Positions 37,017-50,179 of a DNA stretch of 64,000 nucleotides are shown here, one piece after another. Source of the stretch: Pyrinomonadaceae bacterium (lineage in GTDB: Bacteria > Acidobacteriota > Blastocatellia > Pyrinomonadales > Pyrinomonadaceae); the NCBI GenBank assembly GCA_046313635.1, contig JBKBYA010000002.1, forward strand, positions 416,001 to 480,000, given 5' to 3'. The position numbers and the translations under genes are program-made. Position 1 is the first letter of the stretch. The number at the start of each line of letters is the position of its first letter. The notes under the pieces were generated by a model. That model did no database searches. It saw nothing but the letters and a program-made list of their open reading frames with translations, and was not told the origin of the DNA.

Positions 37017-38144
37017 TTATGGTGCGCTCTCCGAAACGATCTCGGACGGCGGGCTGACGTTTCCGCTTGTGTCTATCGCGATGATGAAATAGTGATATCT
37101 GACCCCCGACTCGACGCTCCGGTCCTGGAATGTGTTTGTCTTGATCGCTTCGGGCGTCAGGAGCTGCCATTCCTGCCGAGGCCGGCCCGGATCGGTCGAA
37201 CGATAGATCTTGTAACCCGCCACGTCCTTTTCGGGGTTGACCGCAAAAAAGATGCTGATCACATTCTGACCGGCGGCAAGCGAGATCGAGGACGGAGCGC
37301 TCGGTGCGAAAGTATCGACCGGCTTGACGTGGATGATATTCGTCTCGCCGCTCTCGAGCGGGCCGCCGTCGGGCCCTGACGAGACGGCCCTGACGAAATA
37401 GTAATGGTCCTTGCCAAACTCAAAGAACTCGTCGGCAAACCGCTCGTCGCGGACCGGCGCGCGATTCAGTAAACGGCCCGGCTCTTTTGGTGAGGCAGAT
37501 CGATAGACGTTGTAGCCGAGCAGATTGACCGGCCGCGACCCGTCGACGTTGGCCGCCGGCGCAGCCCACGTCAAAGTGACGGCCTCTTGCGAGACGTCAA
37601 AGGCAAGGGAAGTCGGGGCCGCGGCGACGCCCGCCACCGGCTCGATCAGGAGAAAGTTGGAAAACGCAGCCTTCTGACTTGAAGCGTTAACGGCGCGGAT
37701 CGCGTACCGGAGCCGCGCCGCCTGGCCGGCAAATTCGAGACGGTCGCGGTAGGTCAGGGAAGCCAGCGCAAAATCAGAATCGGTGACCGGTACCGAAGCG
37801 ATCAGCACCGAACGCGAAGCGAACTCCTCCTCCGAGAGTTCGGCGCCGGAGCTTGCCGGCTCGGCAAGCCGGTAAATATCTACGCGGCTTATGTTGAGAA
37901 GACTTCCTTTGTCGGCATTGCGGGCGGGCATCCGCCAAGACAGGATGATCGTATCGCCGCGCTGAAAGCCGTTCAATTCGAGCCGCTGCTGGACCCGCTC
38001 GGTCGGGGGCAGCGGGACGCCGCGCTTACCGCAGCCGTAAGCGATAAGCAAAACAGCCGTTAAAAGCGCTATCGACGCTTTAGACAGCAATTGCTTAAAT
38101 GCATACTTCCCGGCCCGGTGCTTAAAATTTGCCTCGATAAGCAT
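37017..38144 (-). CDS. lipoprotein with fibronectin type III-like domains
   Basis: Lipobox AYGCGKRG.P.PP; LTW..P, GYNVYR, GYKIYR, YFVRAV; exact start uncertain. Confidence 0.78.
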   Translation of the reverse strand: MLIEANFKHRAGKYAFKQLLSKASIALLTAVLLIAYGCGKRGVPLPPTERVQQRLELNGFQRGDTIILSWRMPARNADKGSLLNISRVDIYRLAEPASSGAELSEEEFASRSVLIASVPVTDSDFALASLTYRDRLEFAGQAARLRYAIRAVNASSQKAAFSNFLLIEPVAGVAAAPTSLAFDVSQEAVTLTWAAPAANVDGSRPVNLLGYNVYRSASPKEPGRLLNRAPVRDERFADEFFEFGKDHYYFVRAVSSGPDGGPLESGETNIIHVKPVDTFAPSAPSSISLAAGQNVISIFFAVNPEKDVAGYKIYRSTDPGRPRQEWQLLTPEAIKTNTFQDRSVESGVRYHYFIIAIDTSGNVSPPSEIVSESAP

Positions 38145-38153
38145 TCGATTAAT

Positions 38154-39557
38154 TTAAAGGATGTACTGCCGGAGATCGCGATCTTCGACTAGATCGCTTA
38201 AACGGGCGGTGACGTAAGACGCGTCGATCACCTGCTTTTTATCCTCGAGCTCCGCACCGTGAAAGCTGATCTCCTCGAGCAGTTTTTCGAGCAGCGTGTG
38301 GAGTCGCCGCGCTCCGATATTTTCGGTGTTTCGGTTGATCTCCTCGGTCATTTCCGCGAGCTTATCGACGGCGTCCGGCGTAAATTCGAGCTCGACGCCC
38401 TCGGTGCTTAGCAGCGCTTGATATTGCTTAATCAGTGAATTCTTCGGCTGCACCAGGATCCGCTTAAGGTCGTCAACCGTGAGAGCTTCGAGCTCGACTC
38501 GGATCGGAAAGCGGCCCTGCAGCTCCGGGATCAGGTCGGACGGCTTTGAAACGTGAAAGGCGCCGGCGGCAATAAAAAGTATGTGCTCGGTGCTGACCAT
38601 ACCGTACTTCGTATTGACGTTGGTTCCCTCGACGATCGGCAGCAGGTCTCTCTGAACTCCCTCTCGTGAGACCTCGGGCCCGGTGCCCGATTCTCGCCCG
38701 GCGATCTTATCGATCTCGTCGAGAAAAATGATGCCCGACTGCTGCGTCATCTCGAGGGCCCTTCGCGTGATCTGTTCCGTATCGATAAGCGCCTCCTGCT
38801 CGTCGCGAAGCAGGACGCCGCGAGCGTCGTTGAGCCGCATCGTTCGGCGGACCGTCTTTGAAGGAAAGAGATTGCCGAACATATCGCGGAGATTCACTCC
38901 CATCTCCTCCATTCCCTGCCCGCCTACAAAATCGATCGTCGCGTTTGAGCGGTCGGTGGTCTCGACCTCGACGAGCCGCTCTTCAAGCTCGCCGTCTCGC
39001 AGCTGCTGGCGGAGCTTTTCGCGTGTACGCGAATGCTTTGCAGAGTCGTCGCCGCTGTCCGCATCCGGGTCCCACGAGCCGTAGCCAAGGGCCGACGGCG
39101 GCAGCAGCAGATCGAGCAGCTTCTCTTCGACATTCTGCTCGGCCTTTGCACGCACGTCCTCGTAAGCAGCCTGCTTTGCCATGTCCACCGCAACATCCGC
39201 AAGCTCTCGGACCATGCTCTCGACATCGCGGCCGACATATCCGATCTCGGTAAATTTCGAGGCTTCGATCTTGATGAATGGAGAGTTTGCGAGGCGTGCG
39301 AGCCGGCGCGCGATCTCGGTCTTGCCGACGCCGGTGGAGCCGATCATAAGGATATTTTTCGGCAGGACGTCTTCGGCGATCTCGGCGGGGAGTTTTTGGC
39401 GGCGAATGCGATTTCGCAAAGCGATCGCGACCGCGCGCTTGGCGGCGCTCTGGCCGACGACGTATTTGTCGAGTTCCTCGACGATCTGCCGCGGGGTCAG
39501 CTCGTCGAGGTTTCGCTTTGTGGTCGGCGCGGTTTCGCCGCCGAGGTAGATCGCCAT
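38154..39557 (-). CDS. hslU: ATP-dependent protease ATPase subunit HslU
   Basis: GSTGVGKTEIARRLA, FLDEIDK, GVQRDLLP, ELQGRFP, NIGARRL. Confidence 0.97.
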   Translation of the reverse strand: MAIYLGGETAPTTKRNLDELTPRQIVEELDKYVVGQSAAKRAVAIALRNRIRRQKLPAEIAEDVLPKNILMIGSTGVGKTEIARRLARLANSPFIKIEASKFTEIGYVGRDVESMVRELADVAVDMAKQAAYEDVRAKAEQNVEEKLLDLLLPPSALGYGSWDPDADSGDDSAKHSRTREKLRQQLRDGELEERLVEVETTDRSNATIDFVGGQGMEEMGVNLRDMFGNLFPSKTVRRTMRLNDARGVLLRDEQEALIDTEQITRRALEMTQQSGIIFLDEIDKIAGRESGTGPEVSREGVQRDLLPIVEGTNVNTKYGMVSTEHILFIAAGAFHVSKPSDLIPELQGRFPIRVELEALTVDDLKRILVQPKNSLIKQYQALLSTEGVELEFTPDAVDKLAEMTEEINRNTENIGARRLHTLLEKLLEEISFHGAELEDKKQVIDASYVTARLSDLVEDRDLRQYIL

Positions 39558-39564
39558 TAGAGTA

Positions 39565-40116
39565 CTAGAGCTCCTCGATGAGTATCTCGGAATTTGTGTA
39601 GATGCAGATTTCGCCCGCGATCTTCAGCGATTCAGCCGCGATCTCGCGCGCCGAGAGCTCCGTGTGCGCGAGCAGGGCCCTTGCGGCGGCCAGTGCGTAC
39701 ATGCTTCCGGAGCCGACCGACAGGATGCCCTCGTCCGACGATATGACGTCGCCTTTGCCCGAGATCAGGAAGGCGTCCTTCGGGTCGGCGACGATCATAA
39801 GTGCCTCGAGGTTGCGCAGGTACTTGTCGGTCCGCCAATCCTTGCTCAGTTCAAAGGCTGCGCGCTCGAGCTGTCCCTGAAATTGTTCGAGCTTGGTCTC
39901 AAAGCGCGTCAAGAGGGTAAAAGCGTCGGCGGTCGAGCCTGCAAATCCCGCGAGGACGCGTCCGCCGCCGACGCGACGCACCTTGCGTGCATTGCTCTTG
40001 ATGATCGTCTCTCCGAGCGTTACCTGCCCGTCGGCCGCTAAAGCGGTCTTTCCGTCACGCTTGACGAGAAGCACCGTGGTTGAGCGGACCCGTTGAAATT
40101 CAGGGCTTGACGGCAT
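39565..40116 (-). CDS. hslV: ATP-dependent protease subunit HslV
   Basis: [36 protein letters not shown]. Confidence 0.97.
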   Translation of the reverse strand: MPSSPEFQRVRSTTVLLVKRDGKTALAADGQVTLGETIIKSNARKVRRVGGGRVLAGFAGSTADAFTLLTRFETKLEQFQGQLERAAFELSKDWRTDKYLRNLEALMIVADPKDAFLISGKGDVISSDEGILSVGSGSMYALAAARALLAHTELSAREIAAESLKIAGEICIYTNSEILIEEL

Positions 40117-40194
40117 AAAACCAAATAATAAAGAACTAGCCTAAAATGCTCAAATTGACATAATTTGCTCAAATGGCTGAACATCTAGTTGTTT

Positions 40195-40911
40195 ATGCCG
40201 AGAAGCCCCGTGATCGGGATCACAATGCGGCTCGAGATCGAAACCGGAAGGTTTTATCTCGGCCGCGATTATGCGGAAGCTGTCGAGGCGGCGGGAGGTA
40301 TCCCCGTACATCTCGGTCTCATCCCGAAAGCGAGTTACATTGATGCCGCGATCGGGGCGGTCGACGGCGTGCTCTTGCCGGGAAGCGATACCGACGTCGA
40401 CCCGGCATTTTTCGACGAAGAGCCGCATCCAAAACTGAAAAAGGTAGTTCCGGAAAAAGACCTCACCGACCGCCTGGTACTCACGGCATGCGAGGCGGCA
40501 AGAAAGCCGGTTTTTGCGATCTGTTACGGCATGCAGGCTCTCAACGTGTTTCGCGGCGGTAGTCTGGTCCAGGACATCGAGTCTCAGATCGAGGAGCCTT
40601 TGAAGCACGAGCAGGGGAATCCACCTGCCCGTGCGTCGCATTCGATCGCGATCGATCCGCACAGTCTGATCGGCGAAGCCAATGGCAGGGACGATAGCGC
40701 GCGGGTCAACTCGCACCATCATCAAGCGATCGGACGGCTCGGAGACGGTTTGCAGGCGATCGCGTGGGCAAAAGACGGCGTTATCGAGGGCATCCAAGAT
40801 CCGCGTGCGGACAGGTGGGCGCTCGGCGTACAGTGGCATCCCGAACTTTCATGGGCGACAGACCGTCTTTCGTCGGAACTGTTTCGATCGTTTGTTGAGG
40901 CATGCCGCTAG
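40195..40911 (+). CDS. peptidase C26 / gamma-glutamyl-gamma-aminobutyrate hydrolase family
   Basis: AICYGMQ, VNSHHHQ, GVQWHPE. Confidence 0.92.
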   Translation: MPRSPVIGITMRLEIETGRFYLGRDYAEAVEAAGGIPVHLGLIPKASYIDAAIGAVDGVLLPGSDTDVDPAFFDEEPHPKLKKVVPEKDLTDRLVLTACEAARKPVFAICYGMQALNVFRGGSLVQDIESQIEEPLKHEQGNPPARASHSIAIDPHSLIGEANGRDDSARVNSHHHQAIGRLGDGLQAIAWAKDGVIEGIQDPRADRWALGVQWHPELSWATDRLSSELFRSFVEACR

Positions 40912-41124
40912 ATGTATCGTATGCGCCGACGACCTGCCTTTTTCAAAGTATGGGGCTAAGCTGAAGAGCCGGATCAATTATCGTGAAGAATAACGTGAGG
41001 CCGTCTCACTTGCCGGCCAAACTCTCTTGGTAGTTCATTTACTTAGGCTGAACTCGAGAGATGTCTTGCAGTCGCAAGATCGACTCTTAACAGACGACCT
41101 TAGAAGGCTCGATCCATTATTTCG

Positions 41125-41505
41125 ATGAATAACCCAATCGCAATCGGCATCATAGCGTGGATCTTTCCCGGTGCCGGACACTTTGCACAGCGCCGCTGGG
41201 GTCGTGGGGCGGCGATCTTTTTGGCGGTCTCGCTTATGTTCGTGATCGGAATGGCAGGCGGAGGAGCCTATTACCCGGGCTTTCCGTTTCGCGACGGAGC
41301 GCTGCTTTCCATTCTCAATATCTTCGCTCGGCTCGGCACGGGGCTCGGGGCGTCTATCAGTTATCTCGCGTCAACGATGCCGGACCCGGGAGTCGCTGCA
41401 CGGGCGACATTCGAGTATGCCGGACGGTATATCGAGATCGCGGGACTTTTGAATTACCTTGCAACGCTGGACGCTGTTGACCTGGCGATCGGGAGAAAGG
41501 AATGA
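41125..41505 (+). CDS. membrane protein (DUF6677-like)
   Basis: WIFPGAGH...RG, IAGLLNYLA.LD. Confidence 0.75.
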   Translation: MNNPIAIGIIAWIFPGAGHFAQRRWGRGAAIFLAVSLMFVIGMAGGGAYYPGFPFRDGALLSILNIFARLGTGLGASISYLASTMPDPGVAARATFEYAGRYIEIAGLLNYLATLDAVDLAIGRKE

Positions 41506-41669
41506 TCCACTTCGCATACCTGCTTGGTTTTGGCCTCTTTGTCTCGGTTGTTTTCGCGGCGATCAGCGGCGGCACGACGCGCGACCGCGTCGTTTACGGG
41601 ATCAAGACCTTTTTTCAATTTGTTATCGTCAGTTTGGTGCTCGCCTGGGTCTTGTACTTCATTCCCTAA
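41502..41669 (+). CDS. 55-aa two-TM small membrane protein (not in ORF track)
   Basis: MIHFAYLLGFGLFVSVVFAAISGGTTRDRVVYGIKTFFQFVIVSLVLAWVLYFIP; ATGA overlap with the upstream gene and GGAG upstream. Confidence 0.72.
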   Translation: MIHFAYLLGFGLFVSVVFAAISGGTTRDRVVYGIKTFFQFVIVSLVLAWVLYFIP

Positions 41670-41696
41670 GGCGGGTCGACCGGCAGCTTTGTTCAA

Positions 41697-42449
41697 ATGT
41701 CCCAAGTCGAGACCGAGAGTCTCATTCTCAAGACATACAACCTCGCCGAGGCCGACAAGATCGTCCTGCTGCTCACGCGTGAGCACGGGGTGGTGCGCGG
41801 CGTCGCAAAGGGAGCAAAGAGGCTCAAGAGCAAGTTCGGAAGCTCTCTTGAGCCCTTTTCGTCGGTGCGCGTTTCATATCTCGAAAAAGAGTCTCGCGAG
41901 CTCGTTTCTATCGAAAGGATCGAGCTATTGCTGTCTCGCTTTGAGGCGGCGAGCGATCCGGAATTCTTGGCAAAGTTTTCGTATCTCGTAGAGCTGCTAG
42001 TGGCGTTCTCGCCGCCGCACGATCCGAACGAGGCGCTCTACCGGATGGTCGCAGCGTGCCTCGACGGCGCCGCATCGAGGTCCGAAAGGCTGCCGGCGAT
42101 CGGTCTCTATTTTGAGATCTGGCTGCTGCGGCTGAGCGGCCTTTTGCCTGATTGGTCACGCTGCGCTGAGTGCGGTAAGGAGCTCGGAGACGGAGGGCCG
42201 GCGTCTCTGAAAGCGGATTTTGAATTGGTGTGCGGCACGTGCCGCCGCTCGGGTGGATCGACCCGGATCGAGGCTGGACACCGAGAGATATTCGGTTCGA
42301 GCCGAAGGCTCGGCCCGGGTGAATTTGCCGACCGCTACGCCCTGCGGGAAGTAGAGATCAGGGACGTGTCAAACGTGATGCGGCGGATCGCATCCCGAGC
42401 CCTGGGCCGCGATATCGCCGAAGTCGGCCCCGCGGCCGCCCGCGCCTAG
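41697..42449 (+). CDS. recO: DNA repair protein RecO
   Basis: EADKIV.LLT.EHG...VAKGAK, LEPF, CAEC/CGTC zinc finger. Confidence 0.93.
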   Translation: MSQVETESLILKTYNLAEADKIVLLLTREHGVVRGVAKGAKRLKSKFGSSLEPFSSVRVSYLEKESRELVSIERIELLLSRFEAASDPEFLAKFSYLVELLVAFSPPHDPNEALYRMVAACLDGAASRSERLPAIGLYFEIWLLRLSGLLPDWSRCAECGKELGDGGPASLKADFELVCGTCRRSGGSTRIEAGHREIFGSSRRLGPGEFADRYALREVEIRDVSNVMRRIASRALGRDIAEVGPAAARA

Positions 42450-42458
42450 CCCAAAGAA

Positions 42459-44750
42459 ATGCCTCGACTCGGACGGATAATTCCAGGATATATCATCCGC
42501 GCGATACTGCCGTACTTCGCGGCCTCCTGGCTGCTGTTGACGGTCGTCCTGTTTGTCCAGCAGGCAAGCCGCTTCTCTGACATATTCTTTTCAGTCAACA
42601 TTCCCAGCCGGCTGATCTGGCAGCTCTCGCTGGCGATCATTCCAAGCGTCATCTCTTTTACGTGTCCGATGGCGGTGCTCGTCGGGACGATAATCGGCCT
42701 TTCAAAAATGAAGGGCGACAGCGAGTTGACCGCGGTACGAGCATCGGGTATCGGCAATCTGCAGATCCTTTTGCCGGTCGTGGTGCTCGGAGTTTTGCTT
42801 TCGCTCTTTGCTTTTGCCGTAAACCTGCTGGGCGTGCCGGCCGCCGCTGCGATCGTGCGCAAGGTCGCGATCCAAGCGGCGATAAAAAAGCTTGAATCGC
42901 CGATCGAACCGGGCGTCTTCAATACTGAGGTTGCCGGCTACACGATCTTTGTCCGCGGCGGAGATCCTGAGACCGGAAGGTGGAACAACATTCTGGTATT
43001 TGCGCAGGAGCCGGCGGGCGAGGCGATGCGTCTGATAACGGCAGGGCAGGGGCGGGTCGATGTCTCGGGAGATGCGACGGAACTCGTGCTCTTTGACGCG
43101 GAGAGTTTCTCGATCCCGAACGACCGTAGCGGCAAGGTCGTCGCCGAGTCGATCGACGGCGTGCGGTTCGCGATAAAGACGCGACGTAGCGATCTGGTCC
43201 AAAAGCTTTCGAGTGGTGAACAGGCGCCGGAAGAGCTGGGACTTTCCCAGCTGAGTGAGCTTGCCTCGACAAAGCAGGGAAAGGAGCGAACAGAAGCGGA
43301 GATCGTATGGAATCGCCGCATTTTGCTCTCCGTCACGCCGCTTCTGTTCTGTCTCTTGGGAGCGTCCATGGTGCTTCGCGTCGGCGGAGGGGGCCGCGGG
43401 CGCGGGGTCGTGCTGGCGCTCGTCGGGCTTATCGGTTTTTACCTCACAGCTTTTCTAGGTGAGCAGCTCGCTCGTACCGGGGTCGTGTCGGTTCCGGTCG
43501 GTTCACTTTTTCCGGTGATCTTGAGTCTCGGGGCGATTTCGTTTTTTCTATTTGCAGATAAAGCAAGATATAGGATGAGCCCGCTCGAGGACGTAATTAA
43601 CTCGTTCCGGCGTGTAAAAGTTCGTCCAAAACTTCAATTTCGCAGCTGGCTTGTAGACGTTACCACGGGGCTCCGCGATCTTGACGTCCTTACCGATCTG
43701 GTCCGCTACTTCGCTTTGGCATTCGGATTTTTAGCGGTGATCTTCTTGGTATTCACCGCATTTGAACTTTGGAAGTTTGCGGGCAACATGGAGGGTGGCG
43801 TCAGGTTGCTGACATGGTATCTGATCTTCCTCCTGCCCTTTGTTTATATACAGCTGGCGCCTTCCTGCACATTGATCGCGGTCTTGGCGACCTACGTCAT
43901 CAAATCACGACAGAATGAGGTCGTGACATGGTCGGCCGCGGGGCAGAGCGTTTACAGGCTGCTGATCCCGTGTTTCGCGCTAGCTCTGATCCTGGGGCTC
44001 TTTAACTGGCAGGTGCAGGAGCGGCTCCTGCCGTTTTCGAATCAGATCCAGGAGAACCTGCGTAACCAGATCCGGAATTACGGAGCCGTTAAGGCCGGCC
44101 CCCTTTACACTTGGTTTGCGACGAGAGATCGTATCTACGCCTTCAAGGCCCAGCCAGGCGATTCGGCGACAGATGCGTCTGATAACGAAATAGCGGGGCA
44201 TTCTCTGATCGTCTTTGAATTTGACGAGAGAGGGAAGGCGCAACGGCTGTACCGCTATCCTTCAGCTGAATGGACCGGATCGGGCATCAGACTAACGGGC
44301 AGCGGTGAAACAGTGGAGCTCAGAGACCGGGCGTTTGAGAGGCGTAGAGAAGACGAGATCGTGATCGCTGAGGACGTCAACCCGTTCGCAGCCGTTAGGC
44401 GAAAGCCCGGACAGATGAACTCGCGGTCGCTGCGGGAATTGATATCCGCGAGCGGCTCAGAGGTCGAGCGGCAGATCCTCGGCGTCGCGCTCCAGCGAAA
44501 GTATTCGACCCTCTTCGTCCCGTTTGTGATAGCGCTCTTCTCGGCGCCGTTCTCGCTTAACCTCAGCCGCCGCGGAAAGGCCCTGACCGTTGGGGCCGCG
44601 GTCGGACTGTGGCTCGCGTTCACTGCAGTTGTCAGTGTGTTTGAACAGATCGGGACCAGCGGAGCTCTTGCGCCGGAATTGGCGATTTGGGGCCCGCTGA
44701 TGTTTTTTTCGATGCTCGGTGTATATTTGTTGTCGCGAGTGCGAACATAA
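42459..44750 (+). CDS. fused LptF-LptG lipopolysaccharide export permease
   Basis: Two permease repeats (SELTAVRASGIG; NEVVTWSAAGQS), 763 aa. Confidence 0.85.
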   Translation: MPRLGRIIPGYIIRAILPYFAASWLLLTVVLFVQQASRFSDIFFSVNIPSRLIWQLSLAIIPSVISFTCPMAVLVGTIIGLSKMKGDSELTAVRASGIGNLQILLPVVVLGVLLSLFAFAVNLLGVPAAAAIVRKVAIQAAIKKLESPIEPGVFNTEVAGYTIFVRGGDPETGRWNNILVFAQEPAGEAMRLITAGQGRVDVSGDATELVLFDAESFSIPNDRSGKVVAESIDGVRFAIKTRRSDLVQKLSSGEQAPEELGLSQLSELASTKQGKERTEAEIVWNRRILLSVTPLLFCLLGASMVLRVGGGGRGRGVVLALVGLIGFYLTAFLGEQLARTGVVSVPVGSLFPVILSLGAISFFLFADKARYRMSPLEDVINSFRRVKVRPKLQFRSWLVDVTTGLRDLDVLTDLVRYFALAFGFLAVIFLVFTAFELWKFAGNMEGGVRLLTWYLIFLLPFVYIQLAPSCTLIAVLATYVIKSRQNEVVTWSAAGQSVYRLLIPCFALALILGLFNWQVQERLLPFSNQIQENLRNQIRNYGAVKAGPLYTWFATRDRIYAFKAQPGDSATDASDNEIAGHSLIVFEFDERGKAQRLYRYPSAEWTGSGIRLTGSGETVELRDRAFERRREDEIVIAEDVNPFAAVRRKPGQMNSRSLRELISASGSEVERQILGVALQRKYSTLFVPFVIALFSAPFSLNLSRRGKALTVGAAVGLWLAFTAVVSVFEQIGTSGALAPELAIWGPLMFFSMLGVYLLSRVRT

Positions 44751-44878
44751 GCTCCGTCCCCGTCAAGATGGATAAAAGGATTGACACGGCGACGCTGCGT
44801 GATTCAAAATTCTTAGGATCGTCCGGAAAACTTCCGGATGCTCGCTGTCTTAGTTGAAGCACCCCAACCGCCGAGAGA

Positions 44879-47563
44879 ATGGCCTTTCCCAGGGCACGAC
44901 ACGATCACATACCCCCCTCACTGAAGGCTGTTGAGACCGCCTTCAAACCTTCTACTCGAATGGAAAAAACGTATGACAGCGCCCGGCTGCCGGGCGGCGC
45001 TCTCGCCTCACAGAGCGCGGACTCAAAGATCCTCGACGCCATTCACGAAGCCGTTCTCGTCGTCGACCGCGACACTACGATCGGTCAGGTGAACCGCGCG
45101 ACAACCCGTCTTACCGGCTTCGGCGTCGACGAGCTTGTCGGCCGCAGTTTGGACGTGCTTTCTCCGAAGCCGAGAGCCTTTCGACGCTTGCTCGATCGCC
45201 TGTACCTGCAAAGCGACGGCGGCAAGCGACTCGAATCGGTGTGCAAGCGGAAGGACGGTTCGAGCTTCCCGATCTCGCTCTCCATATCAAAGCTCCAGGA
45301 CCAAACGGACACGGCCGCGAAGCTTGTGATACTTGCTCAGGACATCACGGCACGCAAGCGGCTCGAGATGGAGTCGCATCTCATCTCGCGGATCCTTCAC
45401 GGTGTGAACTCGACCGCCAACCTCGACGAACTGCTTGTGCTCATTCACCGCTCGATCGGCAGGATCGTCAACGCCGAGAACTTTTATGTCGCGCTTTTCG
45501 ATCCGCAGACCGAACTGCTGACGATGCAGTTCTTCGTCGACAAGTACGATCCGCCCCCGCCGCCGCTCAAGGTCGGCGGCGGATTGACGGCGTACGTTTT
45601 CCGTCAGCAGACCCCGATGCTGCTGCGTTCTTCCGACGTCGAAGAATTGATCAACGCCGGCGAGGTCGAATCGGTCGGCAGCGATGCCGCGTTGTGGCTG
45701 GGCGTGCCGCTGCAGACGCCGCGCGGTGTCATCGGCGTGATGGTCGTGCAGGATTATGAGAACGATGCCGCATACGATCAGCAGGACCTCGAGTTTCTGA
45801 CCTCGGTAGGCGGTCAGGTCGCACTCGCGATCGAACGAAAGCAGGCAGACGACAAGCTGCGAAAGAGCCAGGAACGGTTTGACCTCGTCACGAGGGCCAC
45901 CAGCGACGCAATATGGGACTGGAACCTTCTCACCGACAAGCTCTGGTGGAACGAAGGCTTCCAAAAGCTCTTCGGATACCTGCCCGAGGAGGTCGGGGAC
46001 GATATCGAATATTGGAAGCTGCGCGTTCATCCCGACGATGTCGATCGGGTGACGTCCGACCTGCAGTCGCACATAGACGGCGGCAAGACGCACTGGACGT
46101 GCGAATATCGCTTCCGGCGGCGCGACGGGAGCTACGCGTCGGTCATCGATCGCGGCTACGTCGTGTACGACGAGAATCATGCGCCGGTCAGGATGCTCGG
46201 TTCGATGATGGACCTTTCAGAAAGAAAGTCGCTCGAGGACCAGCTCACACATCAGGCTCTGCACGATCCGCTGACCAAGATCGCGAACCGTCTTCTTTTC
46301 CGCGACCGAGTCGACCACGCCTTGTCAAAGCTGCAGAGGACCAAGTCCACACTAGCCGTCCTGTTTCTCGATCTCGATAATTTCAAGGCGATCAACGACT
46401 CGTTGGGGCATGCCGCCGGTGACAAGCTACTGATCTCGGTCGCGCAGCGTCTGCAGGATTGTCTCAGACATACCGACACCGCGGCCCGCCTCGGAGGCGA
46501 CGAATTTGCCGTGCTGCTCGAGGCGATGCATCACCCGGACGAGGCCGTGATGATCGCTGAGCGGATCAAGAATGTAATACGGCAATCTTTTTCGATCGAG
46601 GGCAAGGAGATCAGCGTCGGGACGAGCATCGGTATCGCGTACAGCTCGGAGGCGATCCAGGCCGAGGAACTGCTGCGAAATGCAGACCTCGCGATGTATC
46701 GAGCCAAGAGCCAGGGCAAGGGCCACTTCGTCGTGTTCGAACCTCAGATGCATGACGCATTGATGGAGCGGATGGAACTCGAGTCTGACCTCCGCCGCGC
46801 CGTCGAGAATGACGAATTCGTGCTCCACTATCAGCCGATCGTCGATCTCTATTCGGAAGATCCGCTGGGCGTCGAGGCCCTCGTGCGTTGGGAACACCCG
46901 ACGTACGGTCTGCTGCCGCCGATGAAATTCATCCCGATCGCGGAAGAGACCGGGTTGATCGTGCCGCTGGGCGCTTGGGTGCTCCGGCAGGCGTGCAAGC
47001 AGGTCCAGAGTTGGCGGACGGGCCGTGAGCGGCCGCTCAACATTTCGGTGACGGTCAACATCTCGATCCGGCAATTTCAGCAAAAAGAACTCGTCGAGAT
47101 AGTCGCTCTCGCGCTCGAAGAGTCGGGCCTGCCGGCCGAGTCGCTGATACTCGAGATCACCGAGAGCTTTATGCTGCAGGACACCGAAGCGACGATCGTT
47201 AAGCTCAAAGAGCTCAAACGACTCGGCGTGCGCCTCGCGATCGACGACTTTGGCACCGGCTACTCGTCGCTTAGCTATCTGCAGCGGTTTCCGGTCGATA
47301 TCCTGAAGATCGACAAGTCATTTATCGAAAAGATAGGCCGCGACAACGAGGGAAGGGCGGTCGCACGTGCGATCATAATGATGGGCGACTCGCTCAACCT
47401 GCGAACGATCGCCGAAGGTATCGAAACCCCGGAACAGATCAGGGAACTACAGAATCTGGGCTGCGATGCGGGGCAGGGATTTCATTTTGCAAAGCCTCTC
47501 ACGCTGGAAGAAATGGACGTGTTTTTTGACAGCGTCGGATCCAACACACTGGTCGCCAGGTAG
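44879..47563 (+). CDS. PAS-GAF-PAS-GGDEF-EAL diguanylate cyclase/phosphodiesterase
   Basis: HDPLT, DLDNFK.IND.LGH..GD, RHTD I-site, GGDEF, YQP, EAL, EITE, DDFGTGYSS, KIDKSF; start may be 44960. Confidence 0.93.
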   Translation: MAFPRARHDHIPPSLKAVETAFKPSTRMEKTYDSARLPGGALASQSADSKILDAIHEAVLVVDRDTTIGQVNRATTRLTGFGVDELVGRSLDVLSPKPRAFRRLLDRLYLQSDGGKRLESVCKRKDGSSFPISLSISKLQDQTDTAAKLVILAQDITARKRLEMESHLISRILHGVNSTANLDELLVLIHRSIGRIVNAENFYVALFDPQTELLTMQFFVDKYDPPPPPLKVGGGLTAYVFRQQTPMLLRSSDVEELINAGEVESVGSDAALWLGVPLQTPRGVIGVMVVQDYENDAAYDQQDLEFLTSVGGQVALAIERKQADDKLRKSQERFDLVTRATSDAIWDWNLLTDKLWWNEGFQKLFGYLPEEVGDDIEYWKLRVHPDDVDRVTSDLQSHIDGGKTHWTCEYRFRRRDGSYASVIDRGYVVYDENHAPVRMLGSMMDLSERKSLEDQLTHQALHDPLTKIANRLLFRDRVDHALSKLQRTKSTLAVLFLDLDNFKAINDSLGHAAGDKLLISVAQRLQDCLRHTDTAARLGGDEFAVLLEAMHHPDEAVMIAERIKNVIRQSFSIEGKEISVGTSIGIAYSSEAIQAEELLRNADLAMYRAKSQGKGHFVVFEPQMHDALMERMELESDLRRAVENDEFVLHYQPIVDLYSEDPLGVEALVRWEHPTYGLLPPMKFIPIAEETGLIVPLGAWVLRQACKQVQSWRTGRERPLNISVTVNISIRQFQQKELVEIVALALEESGLPAESLILEITESFMLQDTEATIVKLKELKRLGVRLAIDDFGTGYSSLSYLQRFPVDILKIDKSFIEKIGRDNEGRAVARAIIMMGDSLNLRTIAEGIETPEQIRELQNLGCDAGQGFHFAKPLTLEEMDVFFDSVGSNTLVAR

Positions 47564-47590
47564 GTGAGGGTACTTTTTGCGTAACAAAAT

Positions 47591-47624
47591 GAAAGGGCGG
47601 CCGCGTGGGCCGCCCTTTCCGTTT
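47591..47624. terminator. bidirectional terminator
   Basis: GAAAGGGCGGCC-GCGTG-GGCCGCCCTTTC between convergent genes. Confidence 0.75.
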
Positions 47625-47639
47625 GCTGCGAGTCGCAAA

Positions 47640-50179
<2,540 letters not shown>

